From positions 1-37,158 of the forward strand of contig JBJFGS010000039.1 of NCBI GenBank assembly GCA_051892935.1: 37,158 nucleotides of DNA. Direction: 5' to 3'. The notes under the pieces were generated by a model. It was not told where the DNA came from, did no database searches, and saw nothing but the letters and a program-made list of their open reading frames with translations. A program made the translations under genes and the position numbers. Every line of letters begins with the position of its first letter. Position 1 is the first letter of the stretch. This stretch comes from Candidatus Coprovivens sp. GTDB taxonomy: Bacteria > Bacillota_I > Bacilli_A > RF39 > UBA660. This document shows positions 19,326-28,476 of the stretch, one piece after another.

Positions 19326-20408
19326 TTATTGGTCTTTAGATATACTTAGGATTAGTCCGATACTTGTCATACTTATTAGAAGCGATGATCCTCCATATGA
19401 AAGAAATGGGAGTGTAATACCTGTAGTAGGGATTGTACCAGTTACAACTAAGATATTTAATATTACTTGAAGAATTAGACCAAATGATAAACCGAAAGAT
19501 AGGTATTTTTTAAATAAATTATTTTGACTAATAGATATTTTTATAGAGCGATAAAATATTATACTAAATAATCCTAAAACAAGAATAACTCCTAATATTC
19601 CAAATTCTTCTACTATAATACTGAATATAAAATCAGTTTGAGGTTCTGGTAGATAGAAATTCTTTTGGATTGAATTACCTAATCCACTACCTAGTAAACC
19701 TGATGGTACTATAGCATATAGACTTTGGATGATTTGGAAGCCACTTCCTAAAGGATCACTCCAAGGATTTAAGTATGCAGTGATTCTTTTAAGACGATAT
19801 GGAGCTATTGCTATTAATACTATAATTCCTACTAAACCTATTAAACCTATTTTTATAAAGAAAGATATATTAGGGCCAGATATAAAAATTAAAACTACTA
19901 AAGTTAAAACTATTACCATAGCAGTTCCAAAATCTGGTTCTAGCATTATTAAAAGAAAGAATAGACATATGACAATAAATAATGGTAAAAGACCTTTTTT
20001 TATACTTTTGATATTTTTATTATTATGAGATAGATATTTTGAAGTATATATTATTAATCCTAGTTTTGAAAATTCTGATGGTTGGATACCTAGAGATCCT
20101 ATGCCAAACCAACTACGAGATCCGTTTCGTATTTTACCTATTCCTGGTATTAAGACTAGAACTAAAAGAATAAAACATATTAATAATATTTTATTAGAAT
20201 ATTTTTCTAATAAATTGGGGTTTATTTTAGAAGTTATAAAGATAGATATTAATCCAATTAGAAAGAATATAGTTTGAGATCTAACAAATCTAAAAGAATC
20301 ATTATATTTGTATTCAGCCCATATACTACTTGAAGAATAGACCATTAATATACCGAATAGTATTAATATAATAGTTGATATTAATAATACTTTATCTATT
20401 TTTTTCAT
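19326..20408 (-). CDS. spoVE: SEDS glycosyltransferase, SpoVE-type (FtsW family)
   Basis: MVYSSSSIWAEYKY, IQPSEFSK, NPWSDPLGSGFQIIQSLYA and YLPEPQTDFIF, recalled as very close to Bacillus SpoVE. Confidence 0.85.
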   Translation of the reverse strand: MKKIDKVLLISTIILILFGILMVYSSSSIWAEYKYNDSFRFVRSQTIFFLIGLISIFITSKINPNLLEKYSNKILLICFILLVLVLIPGIGKIRNGSRSWFGIGSLGIQPSEFSKLGLIIYTSKYLSHNNKNIKSIKKGLLPLFIVICLFFLLIMLEPDFGTAMVIVLTLVVLIFISGPNISFFIKIGLIGLVGIIVLIAIAPYRLKRITAYLNPWSDPLGSGFQIIQSLYAIVPSGLLGSGLGNSIQKNFYLPEPQTDFIFSIIVEEFGILGVILVLGLFSIIFYRSIKISISQNNLFKKYLSFGLSFGLILQVILNILVVTGTIPTTGITLPFLSYGGSSLLISMTSIGLILSISKDQ

Positions 20409-20439
20409 TTACTCACCTATTTAAATATATTTTTATAAT

Positions 20440-20470
20440 AAAAAAATAATATGAAAAATTCATATTATTT
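20440..20470 (-). terminator. Weak AT-rich terminator hairpin
   Basis: AAATAATATGAA/TTCATATTATTT with U-tract. Confidence 0.55.
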
Positions 20471-21667
20471 ATGTTTTTTCTTTTTAACATTGAAAAGATT
20501 AGTACATAGAATTATAAATATTAGACATATTAAGGCTATTATAACAATTATTGATACTTTGGATTCTTCTTGATATGAATATATTTCATCATTAAGATAT
20601 ATATTATATGTTTTAACTATTTCATTACCTACTAATATATCTATATATCCTAGATTATCTCCTTTTTTATTTTGAGGTGTTATTTTATCAGCTATATGAT
20701 ATTCAGCTGTTACATTTAATAGTTCTTCTGGAGTTAAAGTTAAATCAATATTCTCACTAGCAGTTACGACATATTCACTTATTGTTCCGTTTTCAACAGC
20801 TATTCTTTTTAAAATGGTGTCTTTGGCAATAATTGTTTTAGTTTCAAAAGTTAATGTACTTATATAATCATATATTTTATATGTATCTAGAACATGTTGG
20901 CTCATATAAGTGTTTACGTTAGATTTCATAACTATTAGAGCATAGTTTGTATTATTTATAGTGGCAGTGGATGCTAATAATAATCCCGCTTCTGGTGTAT
21001 ATCCTGATTTATTACCTGTAAGTAAGTTTTCATCTAGGCCATGAAATATAGCATAGTTTCTAGTAAAGTTATAAACTATTAAACCATTTGATAATGTTTT
21101 TTGATTTGAACTAAATATTTTTTTAAATGTAGGATTTTTAAGAGCTTCTTTTAATAAAATTGATAATTCTCTAGCAGTTGATACGTTGCCATCATCTCCA
21201 CCAAATGAGTCTTTAAATTTAGTATTTCTAAGACCAAGTTTTTGAGCTTCATTATTCATCATTTCATTAAATTTATCAATAGAACCTGCGGTATGAATAG
21301 CTAATGATTGGGAAGCATCTGCTCCTGAATGAAGAATTGTTCCGTACAATAAATCTAAATAACTAACTTTATCGCCTACTTCTAAACCAATACAGGTAAA
21401 TCCATATAAATTAGCAATATCTTCTTCGGTGATTTTTACTTTTTCCTCTAAATCTTCCACATTTTCGATTACAGTATAGGCAGTCATTATTTTAGTAAGA
21501 GAAGCTAGAATTTCTTCTTTATCAGGATTTTTTTCATATATAATTTGATCACTATCTAAATTAATTAATACTACAGAATCAGCTGTTACTTCAATAGGAA
21601 GTGGTAAACATTTTACTGTAGGAATTATTAATATAAAGAGAATAATAAAATAAAATATTTTCTTCAT
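20465..21667 (-). CDS. D-Ala-D-Ala carboxypeptidase (peptidase S11) with C-terminal TM helix
   Basis: ASLTK (SxxK), SGADA and KSGYT motifs; PBP5-like C-terminal domain. Confidence 0.9.
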   Translation of the reverse strand: MKKIFYFIILFILIIPTVKCLPLPIEVTADSVVLINLDSDQIIYEKNPDKEEILASLTKIMTAYTVIENVEDLEEKVKITEEDIANLYGFTCIGLEVGDKVSYLDLLYGTILHSGADASQSLAIHTAGSIDKFNEMMNNEAQKLGLRNTKFKDSFGGDDGNVSTARELSILLKEALKNPTFKKIFSSNQKTLSNGLIVYNFTRNYAIFHGLDENLLTGNKSGYTPEAGLLLASTATINNTNYALIVMKSNVNTYMSQHVLDTYKIYDYISTLTFETKTIIAKDTILKRIAVENGTISEYVVTASENIDLTLTPEELLNVTAEYHIADKITPQNKKGDNLGYIDILVGNEIVKTYNIYLNDEIYSYQEESKVSIIVIIALICLIFIILCTNLFNVKKKKHK

Positions 21668-21748
21668 ATTATCACTCCTATTTTATTATTTTATCAAAGT
21701 AGTAAGTCTTTTTCAATCAATGATGCCATATTATTTATTGGTGATGCT

Positions 21749-23653
21749 ATGTTTTTAAAAGATAAACAATTTAGAATAAAGATAGTTTTTATTATAGTAA
21801 TTATTCTTTTTATCTTTATATTTGGTAGAATTATTTATTTACAAGTCTTTAGTTATAATAAATTGAATTCTTTAGCACTTGCTTTATGGCAAAGAAATCT
21901 TCCTATTACTGCTGATAGAGGGAGAATTCTTGATAGAAATGGTAATGTGTTAGCTACTAATATTACTACTACTACATTATATGTAGTACCTAATCAAATT
22001 GTTGATAAAGAAGATACTGCTAATAAATTAGCTTCTATATTAGATGCTAGTTATGATGATATATATAAACACTTAACTAAGAAAATATCTTTAGAAAAAG
22101 TTAATCCTGAAGGGAGACAACTTAGTAGTGATATTGCAGATAAGATTAATAATTTAAAAATAGATGGCTTATATTTAATGAAAGAGTCAAAAAGATATTA
22201 TCCGTATGGAGTAACTTTATCTCATGTACTTGGTTATGTTGGAATAGATAATCAAGGATTATCTGGATTAGAGTTAAAGTATGATGAATATCTTACTGGT
22301 AAAAATGGTTCAATTAAATATGTTTCTGATGGTAAGGGTAAAAGATTATCTAATGATGAGGTTTATGAAAAGCCACAAAACGGAATGGATATTTATTTAA
22401 CTATAGATATAGATATACAGTTAGCTTTAGAAAAAGAATTAGAAAATGCTACTGCAAAATATAGTCCTGAAGAAAGTTTAGCTATGGTTGTGAATCCAAA
22501 TACTGGGGAAATATTAGCAATGGGGTCTAATCCAACTTTTGATCCTAATAATTATCAGGCTTATGATTTGGAAACTATTAATAGGAATTTACCAATATGG
22601 AAAAACTATGAACCTGGTTCAACTTTTAAAATAATAACATTATCAGCTTCTTTAGAAGAAAAAACAATTAATTTATTTGAAGATCATTATTATGATGGCG
22701 GTTCTATTAATGTTGAGGGAGCTAGAATAAAATGTTGGAAAGCTGGAGGTCATGGGAGTGAAACATTTTTACAAGTAGTACAGAATTCTTGTAATCCAGG
22801 GTTTGTTGTTATGGGGCAAAAACTTGGAACTGAGAGACTTTATAATTATGTTAAAAATTTTGGTTTTACTGAAAAAACAGGAGTTGATTTAAATGGTGAA
22901 GCTAGTGGAATTATGTTTAAGAAAGATAGTATCGGTCCTGTAGAACAAGCTACTATATCTTTTGGACAAGGTATTAGTGTTACACCGATACAACAAGTTA
23001 TGGGAGTTAGTGCTGCGATAAATGGAGGATATCTTTATACTCCATATGTAGTTAAATATATAGCAGAGCCTGAAACTAATGATGTTATGAATGAAAAGAA
23101 ACCTATTTTAAAAAGAAGAGTTATTAGTGAAGAAACATCAGAGATGGTTAGGTTTGCTTTAGAAAGTGTTGTTTCTTCTGGAACAGGGAAAAATGCTTAT
23201 ATAGAAAATTATAGAGTTGGTGGTAAAACTGGTACTGCTCAAAAAGTAAATAATGGAGTTTATATGAGTGGCAATTATATAGTTTCTTTTATGGGTTTTT
23301 TACCGGCAGATAAACCAGAATATGTAGTTTATGTTGCTATTGATCATCCTCAAGGTATAACGCAATATGGAGGAACTGTTTCGGCTCCTATTGCTAAAAG
23401 TATTATGCAAAGTATTATAAGTATTAAAGAGTTAGAACCTAGTAAGGAGGTTACACCTCGAACTTATACCTGGTTAGATACTAAATATATAAAAGCTCCT
23501 AATGTTATTGGTAAAACTAAAAAGGAAGTTTTATCTTTATTAAAAGGCTTTAAAGTTGAATATAGTGGTTCTGGAGATACTGTAATTTATCAAGAACCTA
23601 GAGGTGATACTTATGTTAAAGAAGGTTCTATAATAAAGATAATGTTGAATTAA
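21749..23653 (+). CDS. spoVD: Class B penicillin-binding protein, SpoVD-type, with one PASTA domain
   Basis: WQRNLP..DRGRILDRNG, EPGSTFK, CWKAGGHG...NSCNPGF (SpoVD Cys pair) and KTGTAQ. Confidence 0.88.
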   Translation: MFLKDKQFRIKIVFIIVIILFIFIFGRIIYLQVFSYNKLNSLALALWQRNLPITADRGRILDRNGNVLATNITTTTLYVVPNQIVDKEDTANKLASILDASYDDIYKHLTKKISLEKVNPEGRQLSSDIADKINNLKIDGLYLMKESKRYYPYGVTLSHVLGYVGIDNQGLSGLELKYDEYLTGKNGSIKYVSDGKGKRLSNDEVYEKPQNGMDIYLTIDIDIQLALEKELENATAKYSPEESLAMVVNPNTGEILAMGSNPTFDPNNYQAYDLETINRNLPIWKNYEPGSTFKIITLSASLEEKTINLFEDHYYDGGSINVEGARIKCWKAGGHGSETFLQVVQNSCNPGFVVMGQKLGTERLYNYVKNFGFTEKTGVDLNGEASGIMFKKDSIGPVEQATISFGQGISVTPIQQVMGVSAAINGGYLYTPYVVKYIAEPETNDVMNEKKPILKRRVISEETSEMVRFALESVVSSGTGKNAYIENYRVGGKTGTAQKVNNGVYMSGNYIVSFMGFLPADKPEYVVYVAIDHPQGITQYGGTVSAPIAKSIMQSIISIKELEPSKEVTPRTYTWLDTKYIKAPNVIGKTKKEVLSLLKGFKVEYSGSGDTVIYQEPRGDTYVKEGSIIKIMLN

Positions 23654-23682
23654 AAAAGATTCAATTATTTTTGAATCTTTTT
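23652..23682. terminator. Bidirectional terminator
   Basis: AAAAAGATTCAA/TTGAATCTTTTT between convergent genes. Confidence 0.8.
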
Positions 23683-25344
23683 CTTGTTCTTTTTATCTCT
23701 TTCAGCAACAGTTATTGCACCGACTGATAATGTAGCTATAGCGGCACCAATGAAGGCTGGATTTATAATTGGTTCTGGTTTATTTGATTTTTTATTTTGA
23801 ACTTTATCTACCCTGGTATTTGGGATTGCTTCAACTTTATTGTTTTCTGTGTTAGTTGAGGTATTTGTACTATTTTGGGAGTTAGTTGATTCTTGTGTAG
23901 TAGTATTATTTGATTGATTATTTGAAGGAATTAATTGTCCAAGAAGAGCTTCGTTTGTTGAAGTACTTTGATCAACATTTTGCAAAGGACTATTGTTGTT
24001 ATTTGAATTAGTATTGTTTGATTCAGGTGTTTTGTCGGTAGTTGGTTTTTGTTCTGTTGATGTAGTTGGTTTGTTTTCGCTAGTTGTATTATTAGAATTA
24101 GTTTCATTAGTTGGTGTTTGCGTTTCACTATTATTTGTTTGGCTTTCATTACTAGTATTTGAATTATTTGATGAACTTGAGCTACTTGATGAACTTGAGC
24201 TACTTGATGAACTTGAGCTACTTGATGAGCTTGAGCTACTTGATGAGCTTGAGCTACTTGATGAACTTGAACTACTTGATGAGTTTGAACTACTTGATGA
24301 GTTTGAACTACTTGATGAGCTTGAGCTACTTGATGAACTTGAACTACTTGAAGGGCTTGAGTTAGTCCATTCTTTATTGTTTGATGAATCACTAGATGTT
24401 TTATCTGTTGTAGGTTGTGAAGTAGTTGTAGCTGATGTTGATTCTTCATTAGCTGGTTTGGCATTTTTATCATCAGCAACAATAGTTGTATCATATTTAC
24501 CATCTATTTCAATGTTTTGAAGTTTTTTAATTATTGCATCACTTACTTTTATTTCACCTGCAGATGTTGTACCATTAGTGTTAGCTGCTGGGTCGAATAC
24601 CCAAGTGTTGCCTGCTGAAAACTGTAATTCGTTCCAAGTATAGCCATCAGCGTATGCATCGCTTCTAAATGGACGGAAAGGATCATTTACTAAGATTTTT
24701 CCATCATCAGTTACTCCTTTGCATACTACAAAGTGAGAACTATCTTTAACTAGACAGATTACTAGTTTACCACTTTGAAGATAGTTTACTAAGTCTTCTC
24801 TACTTGTATTATTATCGTTATACCAGTTTAGTCCTACATAATCAGCTGCTGTAGTCATTTTACCAACATTACTACTCTTACAGGCGTTTGCAATTGTTGC
24901 TAAGTCTTCTGGAGTATATAAATTACCTAATATATAGGAAGCTACCATACATAAGGATGTTACACCGCAACCGCTAGTTGCAACTGTACCTTGACTATAT
25001 GGAATGTAATCATAATCATTTTGAGTTAGTAATGGAACATCTGTAAAAATACCATTTTCATCTATTATCCCTTCTTCGTAATATTGGAATAATAATGCTG
25101 CATGGTTATCATTTTTTATTAAAATAGCTTTAGATTCTTCAAATATTTCTGTTAGTTCGGCTATATCCCCGCTAATTATGTTACTAACTGTAGACTTTGC
25201 ATCTGAAAATAATGAAGCTGTTTTTAATTCGCTTGGTAAGCTTATTCCACTCATTGACTTACTAAAACTATTTAAATCTCTTTCAATATTTTTAATTTGT
25301 TTTAAACCATAGTGGATTGCTCCAATATCTATTTGAACGTCCAT
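23665..25344 (-). CDS. C39-like cysteine peptidase with helical N-terminus, Ser/Thr/Asn linker and C-terminal membrane anchor (559 aa)
   Basis: Start moved to AGAGGTGA-taaa-ATG at 25344; Q.D, SGCGVTS, SHFVV and VNDP catalytic pattern; TM segment plus Lys tail. Confidence 0.8.
   Translation of the reverse strand: MDVQIDIGAIHYGLKQIKNIERDLNSFSKSMSGISLPSELKTASLFSDAKSTVSNIISGDIAELTEIFEESKAILIKNDNHAALLFQYYEEGIIDENGIFTDVPLLTQNDYDYIPYSQGTVATSGCGVTSLCMVASYILGNLYTPEDLATIANACKSSNVGKMTTAADYVGLNWYNDNNTSREDLVNYLQSGKLVICLVKDSSHFVVCKGVTDDGKILVNDPFRPFRSDAYADGYTWNELQFSAGNTWVFDPAANTNGTTSAGEIKVSDAIIKKLQNIEIDGKYDTTIVADDKNAKPANEESTSATTTSQPTTDKTSSDSSNNKEWTNSSPSSSSSSSSSSSSSSSSNSSSSSNSSSSSSSSSSSSSSSSSSSSSSSSSSSSSSSSSSSSSSNNSNTSNESQTNNSETQTPTNETNSNNTTSENKPTTSTEQKPTTDKTPESNNTNSNNNNSPLQNVDQSTSTNEALLGQLIPSNNQSNNTTTQESTNSQNSTNTSTNTENNKVEAIPNTRVDKVQNKKSNKPEPIINPAFIGAAIATLSVGAITVAERDKKNKKKIQK
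24168..24347. repeat. Ten tandem 18-bp repeats encoding poly-Ser
   Basis: Unit TTGATGA(A/G)(C/T)TTGA(G/A)CTAC, with no spacers. Confidence 0.95.
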
Positions 25345-25360
25345 TTTATCACCTCTTTTA

Positions 25361-25702
25361 TTAGCTTGTAGTTGGTGTAGTTGTAGCTGTAGTAGCTGCA
25401 GCTTTAGCTGCTGCTTCTTCGGCAGCTTTAGCTTCTTCATATAATACTTGATATTCTGCTATCAGTTTATCACATTCTGCTATGATAGAATCAAAATCAT
25501 CGGAAATACTATTGAGTGAGTTTGAAATATTTGAAAGTTTTCCTTTATCCATAGGTTCCCCACATATTTCAAGGTCTTCTACAATAGTCATACCTTTTTC
25601 TACACTTGCTTGACATTCTGATAATGGGCTACTTAGACCACTAATTGCTGTTTTAGCAGCTTCTAAAGCTGCTATTTTTTCTGCATAATAAGATGAACTC
25701 AT
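25361..25702 (-). CDS. Small helical-hairpin protein, possible WXG100-like partner
   Basis: 113 aa, helix-turn-helix heptad pattern, AAGGTGG RBS, gene context. Confidence 0.6.
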   Translation of the reverse strand: MSSSYYAEKIAALEAAKTAISGLSSPLSECQASVEKGMTIVEDLEICGEPMDKGKLSNISNSLNSISDDFDSIIAECDKLIAEYQVLYEEAKAAEEAAAKAAATTATTTPTTS

Positions 25703-25723
25703 AATTAAATACCACCTTTTTGA

Positions 25724-25772
25724 TTCTTATTTCCTAAATAGAAGTATATTAATTCTACTTAGGAAATAAGAA
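25724..25772 (-). other. 20-bp intergenic RNA stem-loop without U-tract
   Basis: TTCTTATTTCCTAAGTAGAA/TTCTATTTAGGAAATAAGAA; the only mismatch is a G-U pair on the minus strand. Confidence 0.75.
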
Positions 25773-25784
25773 GCTTTAAGCTTC

Positions 25785-26399
25785 TTAGAATGTATAATTT
25801 TTTAATGCCGTTGTAATATGTTCTGATGTTTCTGTTAAAATATTTTTATATTTTTTTACATTGTTAACAAATTCATCAAATGTTTCTTGAGCAGAGTCTC
25901 TTCCTGTTCCTGCTACCCAATTGTCCATTATTTCATTATACTTGTAAGTTACATTGCTAATAAATGTATCTAGGTCAGTATTAGCTGAATCTATTAGGTT
26001 TTTTCCTGTTTCTGCTGCTGGAACGATATCTACTGTATCAGCATTATCTGTGTAGTCTTCCATTGTAGTAGCTGGCTCAATTTCAATAGCACTTAGATAT
26101 TCTAATCCTGCGCCGTTAGCATTTTGTATATCTCTATATTGAACAGCAACTACAGATGAGTCGTGGCTTAGTTGAGCTAGAGCATTTCTAACAGCGACCA
26201 TTTCGTTATGAACTGTTATTACTTCTTCTATTTTTTTACCTGCATCGATACCTTTCCAATTAGCTTTTAAATTTTCGATTCCATTATGTAGATCGGTAAG
26301 GATAGAGTCTGCACTTGCATCTCCCCCTACGACAATTGTATTATATAAATCAGTTGCTGAACTATATAATCCTTGAACATTGTTTACTTTATGATTCAT
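25785..26399 (-). CDS. Tandem WXG100-like protein
   Basis: Two halves of about 100 aa with central NWKG and NWVAG turns; no signal peptide; GGAGGAG RBS. Confidence 0.7.
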   Translation of the reverse strand: MNHKVNNVQGLYSSATDLYNTIVVGGDASADSILTDLHNGIENLKANWKGIDAGKKIEEVITVHNEMVAVRNALAQLSHDSSVVAVQYRDIQNANGAGLEYLSAIEIEPATTMEDYTDNADTVDIVPAAETGKNLIDSANTDLDTFISNVTYKYNEIMDNWVAGTGRDSAQETFDEFVNNVKKYKNILTETSEHITTALKNYTF

Positions 26400-26515
26400 T
26401 TTTTTCTCCTCCTATTTTAAAAATATAAAATTTAAATAATTAAATCAATTGTTTTAATTATTTTTGACATTTTTATACATTTTTATTTATAACTCTATAT
26501 TGTCATTACTTTTTT

Positions 26516-26524
26516 ATTATACCA
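26516..26524 (-). promoter_or_regulatory. Extended -10 promoter for the WXG100-like cluster
   Basis: TGGTATAAT. Confidence 0.5.
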
Positions 26525-26574
26525 CAATATTTAATATATTTTATTATTAATTAATTTTGATGTCTTTTATATAT

Positions 26575-27000
26575 TTATATTGAATCATTTATATTCGATA
26601 ATGAAAACTCTTTTTCAACAGTAAAGAAGTATTCATCATAGTATTCTTTAACATAAAACGTAAATACTAGATTATTGCCTAATTTTTGGACATCTATATC
26701 TATGTTAGGAAAGGTAGAATATTCATTATTTAATAATGCGTAATCTTCAATTATATATTTTTTATCTATTTTTGTTTTATCATAATTATTTAATTTTAAA
26801 TAATCTTCAAATGGTTTTGTTATATAGAAATCAAAGTAATAATAATTATTATCTATTGTAAATTCAAATTCTATTTCTAACTCTGGTAAGATTGTTGTTG
26901 TTTCTTTTTTTCCATCTTTAAAAGTAGTAGTTTTGTTTTTGCCTATTGAAAAATTTATTTTTTCTTTATCGACTTGTTTTAATGTACCAAATTTAATCAT
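26575..27000 (-). CDS. Hypothetical protein
   Basis: 141-aa ORF with AAGGAG RBS, last gene of an operon. Confidence 0.7.
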   Translation of the reverse strand: MIKFGTLKQVDKEKINFSIGKNKTTTFKDGKKETTTILPELEIEFEFTIDNNYYYFDFYITKPFEDYLKLNNYDKTKIDKKYIIEDYALLNNEYSTFPNIDIDVQKLGNNLVFTFYVKEYYDEYFFTVEKEFSLSNINDSI

Positions 27001-27004
27001 TTTA

Positions 27005-27977
27005 TTATTTCTCCTTTTCTAGTGAATCTATTATATTTAGTAATTCTTGATAATACTCTATATTATCGTTTATTGATGAACATAGAATTATTTCATATAT
27101 AGTGTCATCTTTTATAATAATTCTTTGTTCAATATTTTTTTCATCTATTTTTATTTTGTAGTACTTTATTTCAAAAAATTCTTTTGGTAGATTTTTTTCT
27201 TCTATAATAGTTAGATTTTTTTGATAGTTTTTTTCATTATATTTAGTTAGTTCTTTTATAGTTATATAAGATTTTTCATCTATATAATATAATTGGTATT
27301 CTTCTTTTTTTTCTTCATACCAAGTAATTGGTATTGTATAGGTTATATTTTTATATTGTTTTTGTGTTTTTTTTAGAGTTTCTTCAAAGTAATATATATT
27401 ATCTTTTTTAGATATTTTAAATATATAGTTATCTTTGTTTTCTATTATATTAGTAGATGATATTGGTGTTATTGAGTAATTTACTAATATAGAAGATATT
27501 ACTTTATTATCTTTTATAATTATTATTTCTTGATAATTATCGTTAATATTATTATCTTTAATATATCTGCTTTTTAAGTTTAATTCTTTTTCTATTTGGT
27601 CTTTACTAGTATAGGGATTAGCTATATATATTTTATCAAATGTAAAAGGAATTAATTCTTTTATTTCGATTGTTTCTTTAGTTTTTATATTATCAAGGTG
27701 TTTTATTACTGAGTGATTTCTATATTGATATATAGGATTTATATAGATTAAAACTAGTATAAAAGTTATTATAGAAGTTAGTAAGATTGTCTTTATTTTT
27801 CTGTTAGTAGATTGTTTTTTCTTGTCATTTAGGAATCCTACTATAATTAAATATATTGAAATAGTACCTATTATAATATAAATAATACTTGGTAATTTAG
27901 TAAGAAATTTATCTATTAAAGTCAATATGAAAAAAAACTATTATACCTATACTACTTAGATTTTTTTTATTTTTCAT
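27005..27977 (-). pseudogene. Membrane protein gene frameshifted at a T8 run (27930-27937)
   Basis: GAGGA RBS and ATG at 27977 give MKNKKNLSSIGIIVFF; removing one T joins this to the 27005-27925 ORF, whose TTG start lacks an RBS. Confidence 0.7.
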
Positions 27978-27978
27978 A

Positions 27979-28464
27979 TTAGTCCTCTTCTATTTTTTTA
28001 GTCATTTCTATCATACGAGTATGGTATCCATTCTTTTCATAGAATTTTATAGCTTGGTCATTATAACCAAAAACTCCTATTAGAATATCTTTACAATTTT
28101 CATTTTTTAAGTATTCTGTCATTTTGTTTAGAAGTAGTGTACCGATTCCTTTACTTCTTGTATTTTTAGATACTACTAGTTCTGTTATACGACCTCTTTT
28201 AGGACAAGTAAAACCAGGTTCTTGTTCTTCTTCATTATTAATTAAACCTATTATAAGACCAATTATTTTATTATCTTCTTGATATAGGTATATTTTACCT
28301 TGATATTTAGATACTTCGTTCATTGTTTCTTTGAAGTACTCTTCTCTATATTTGTCAGTTATTATATTATAATTTAGTTTATCTATATTAACGATATGTT
28401 CTTGTAGTTCTACTAATAAATCTTTTATTTCTTCATTGTATTTACTATTATATTCTATTATCAT
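27979..28464 (-). CDS. GNAT N-acetyltransferase
   Basis: LVVSKNTRSKGIGTLL (motif A) and NDQAIKFYEKNGY (motif B). Confidence 0.92.
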   Translation of the reverse strand: MIIEYNSKYNEEIKDLLVELQEHIVNIDKLNYNIITDKYREEYFKETMNEVSKYQGKIYLYQEDNKIIGLIIGLINNEEEQEPGFTCPKRGRITELVVSKNTRSKGIGTLLLNKMTEYLKNENCKDILIGVFGYNDQAIKFYEKNGYHTRMIEMTKKIEED

Positions 28465-28476
28465 ACTATACCTCTT

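Noticed and set aside
24168-24347. CRISPR array
   Set aside because: Contiguous 18-bp units with no spacers, in frame inside a CDS, and no cas genes.
23931-24520. ORFs 23931-24503, 23993-24520 and 24159-24365
   Set aside because: Alternate-frame or antisense shadows of the poly-Ser repeat.
25345-25440. Longer 591-aa start for the C39 protein
   Set aside because: Overlaps the upstream gene out of frame; the ATG at 25344 has a clear RBS.
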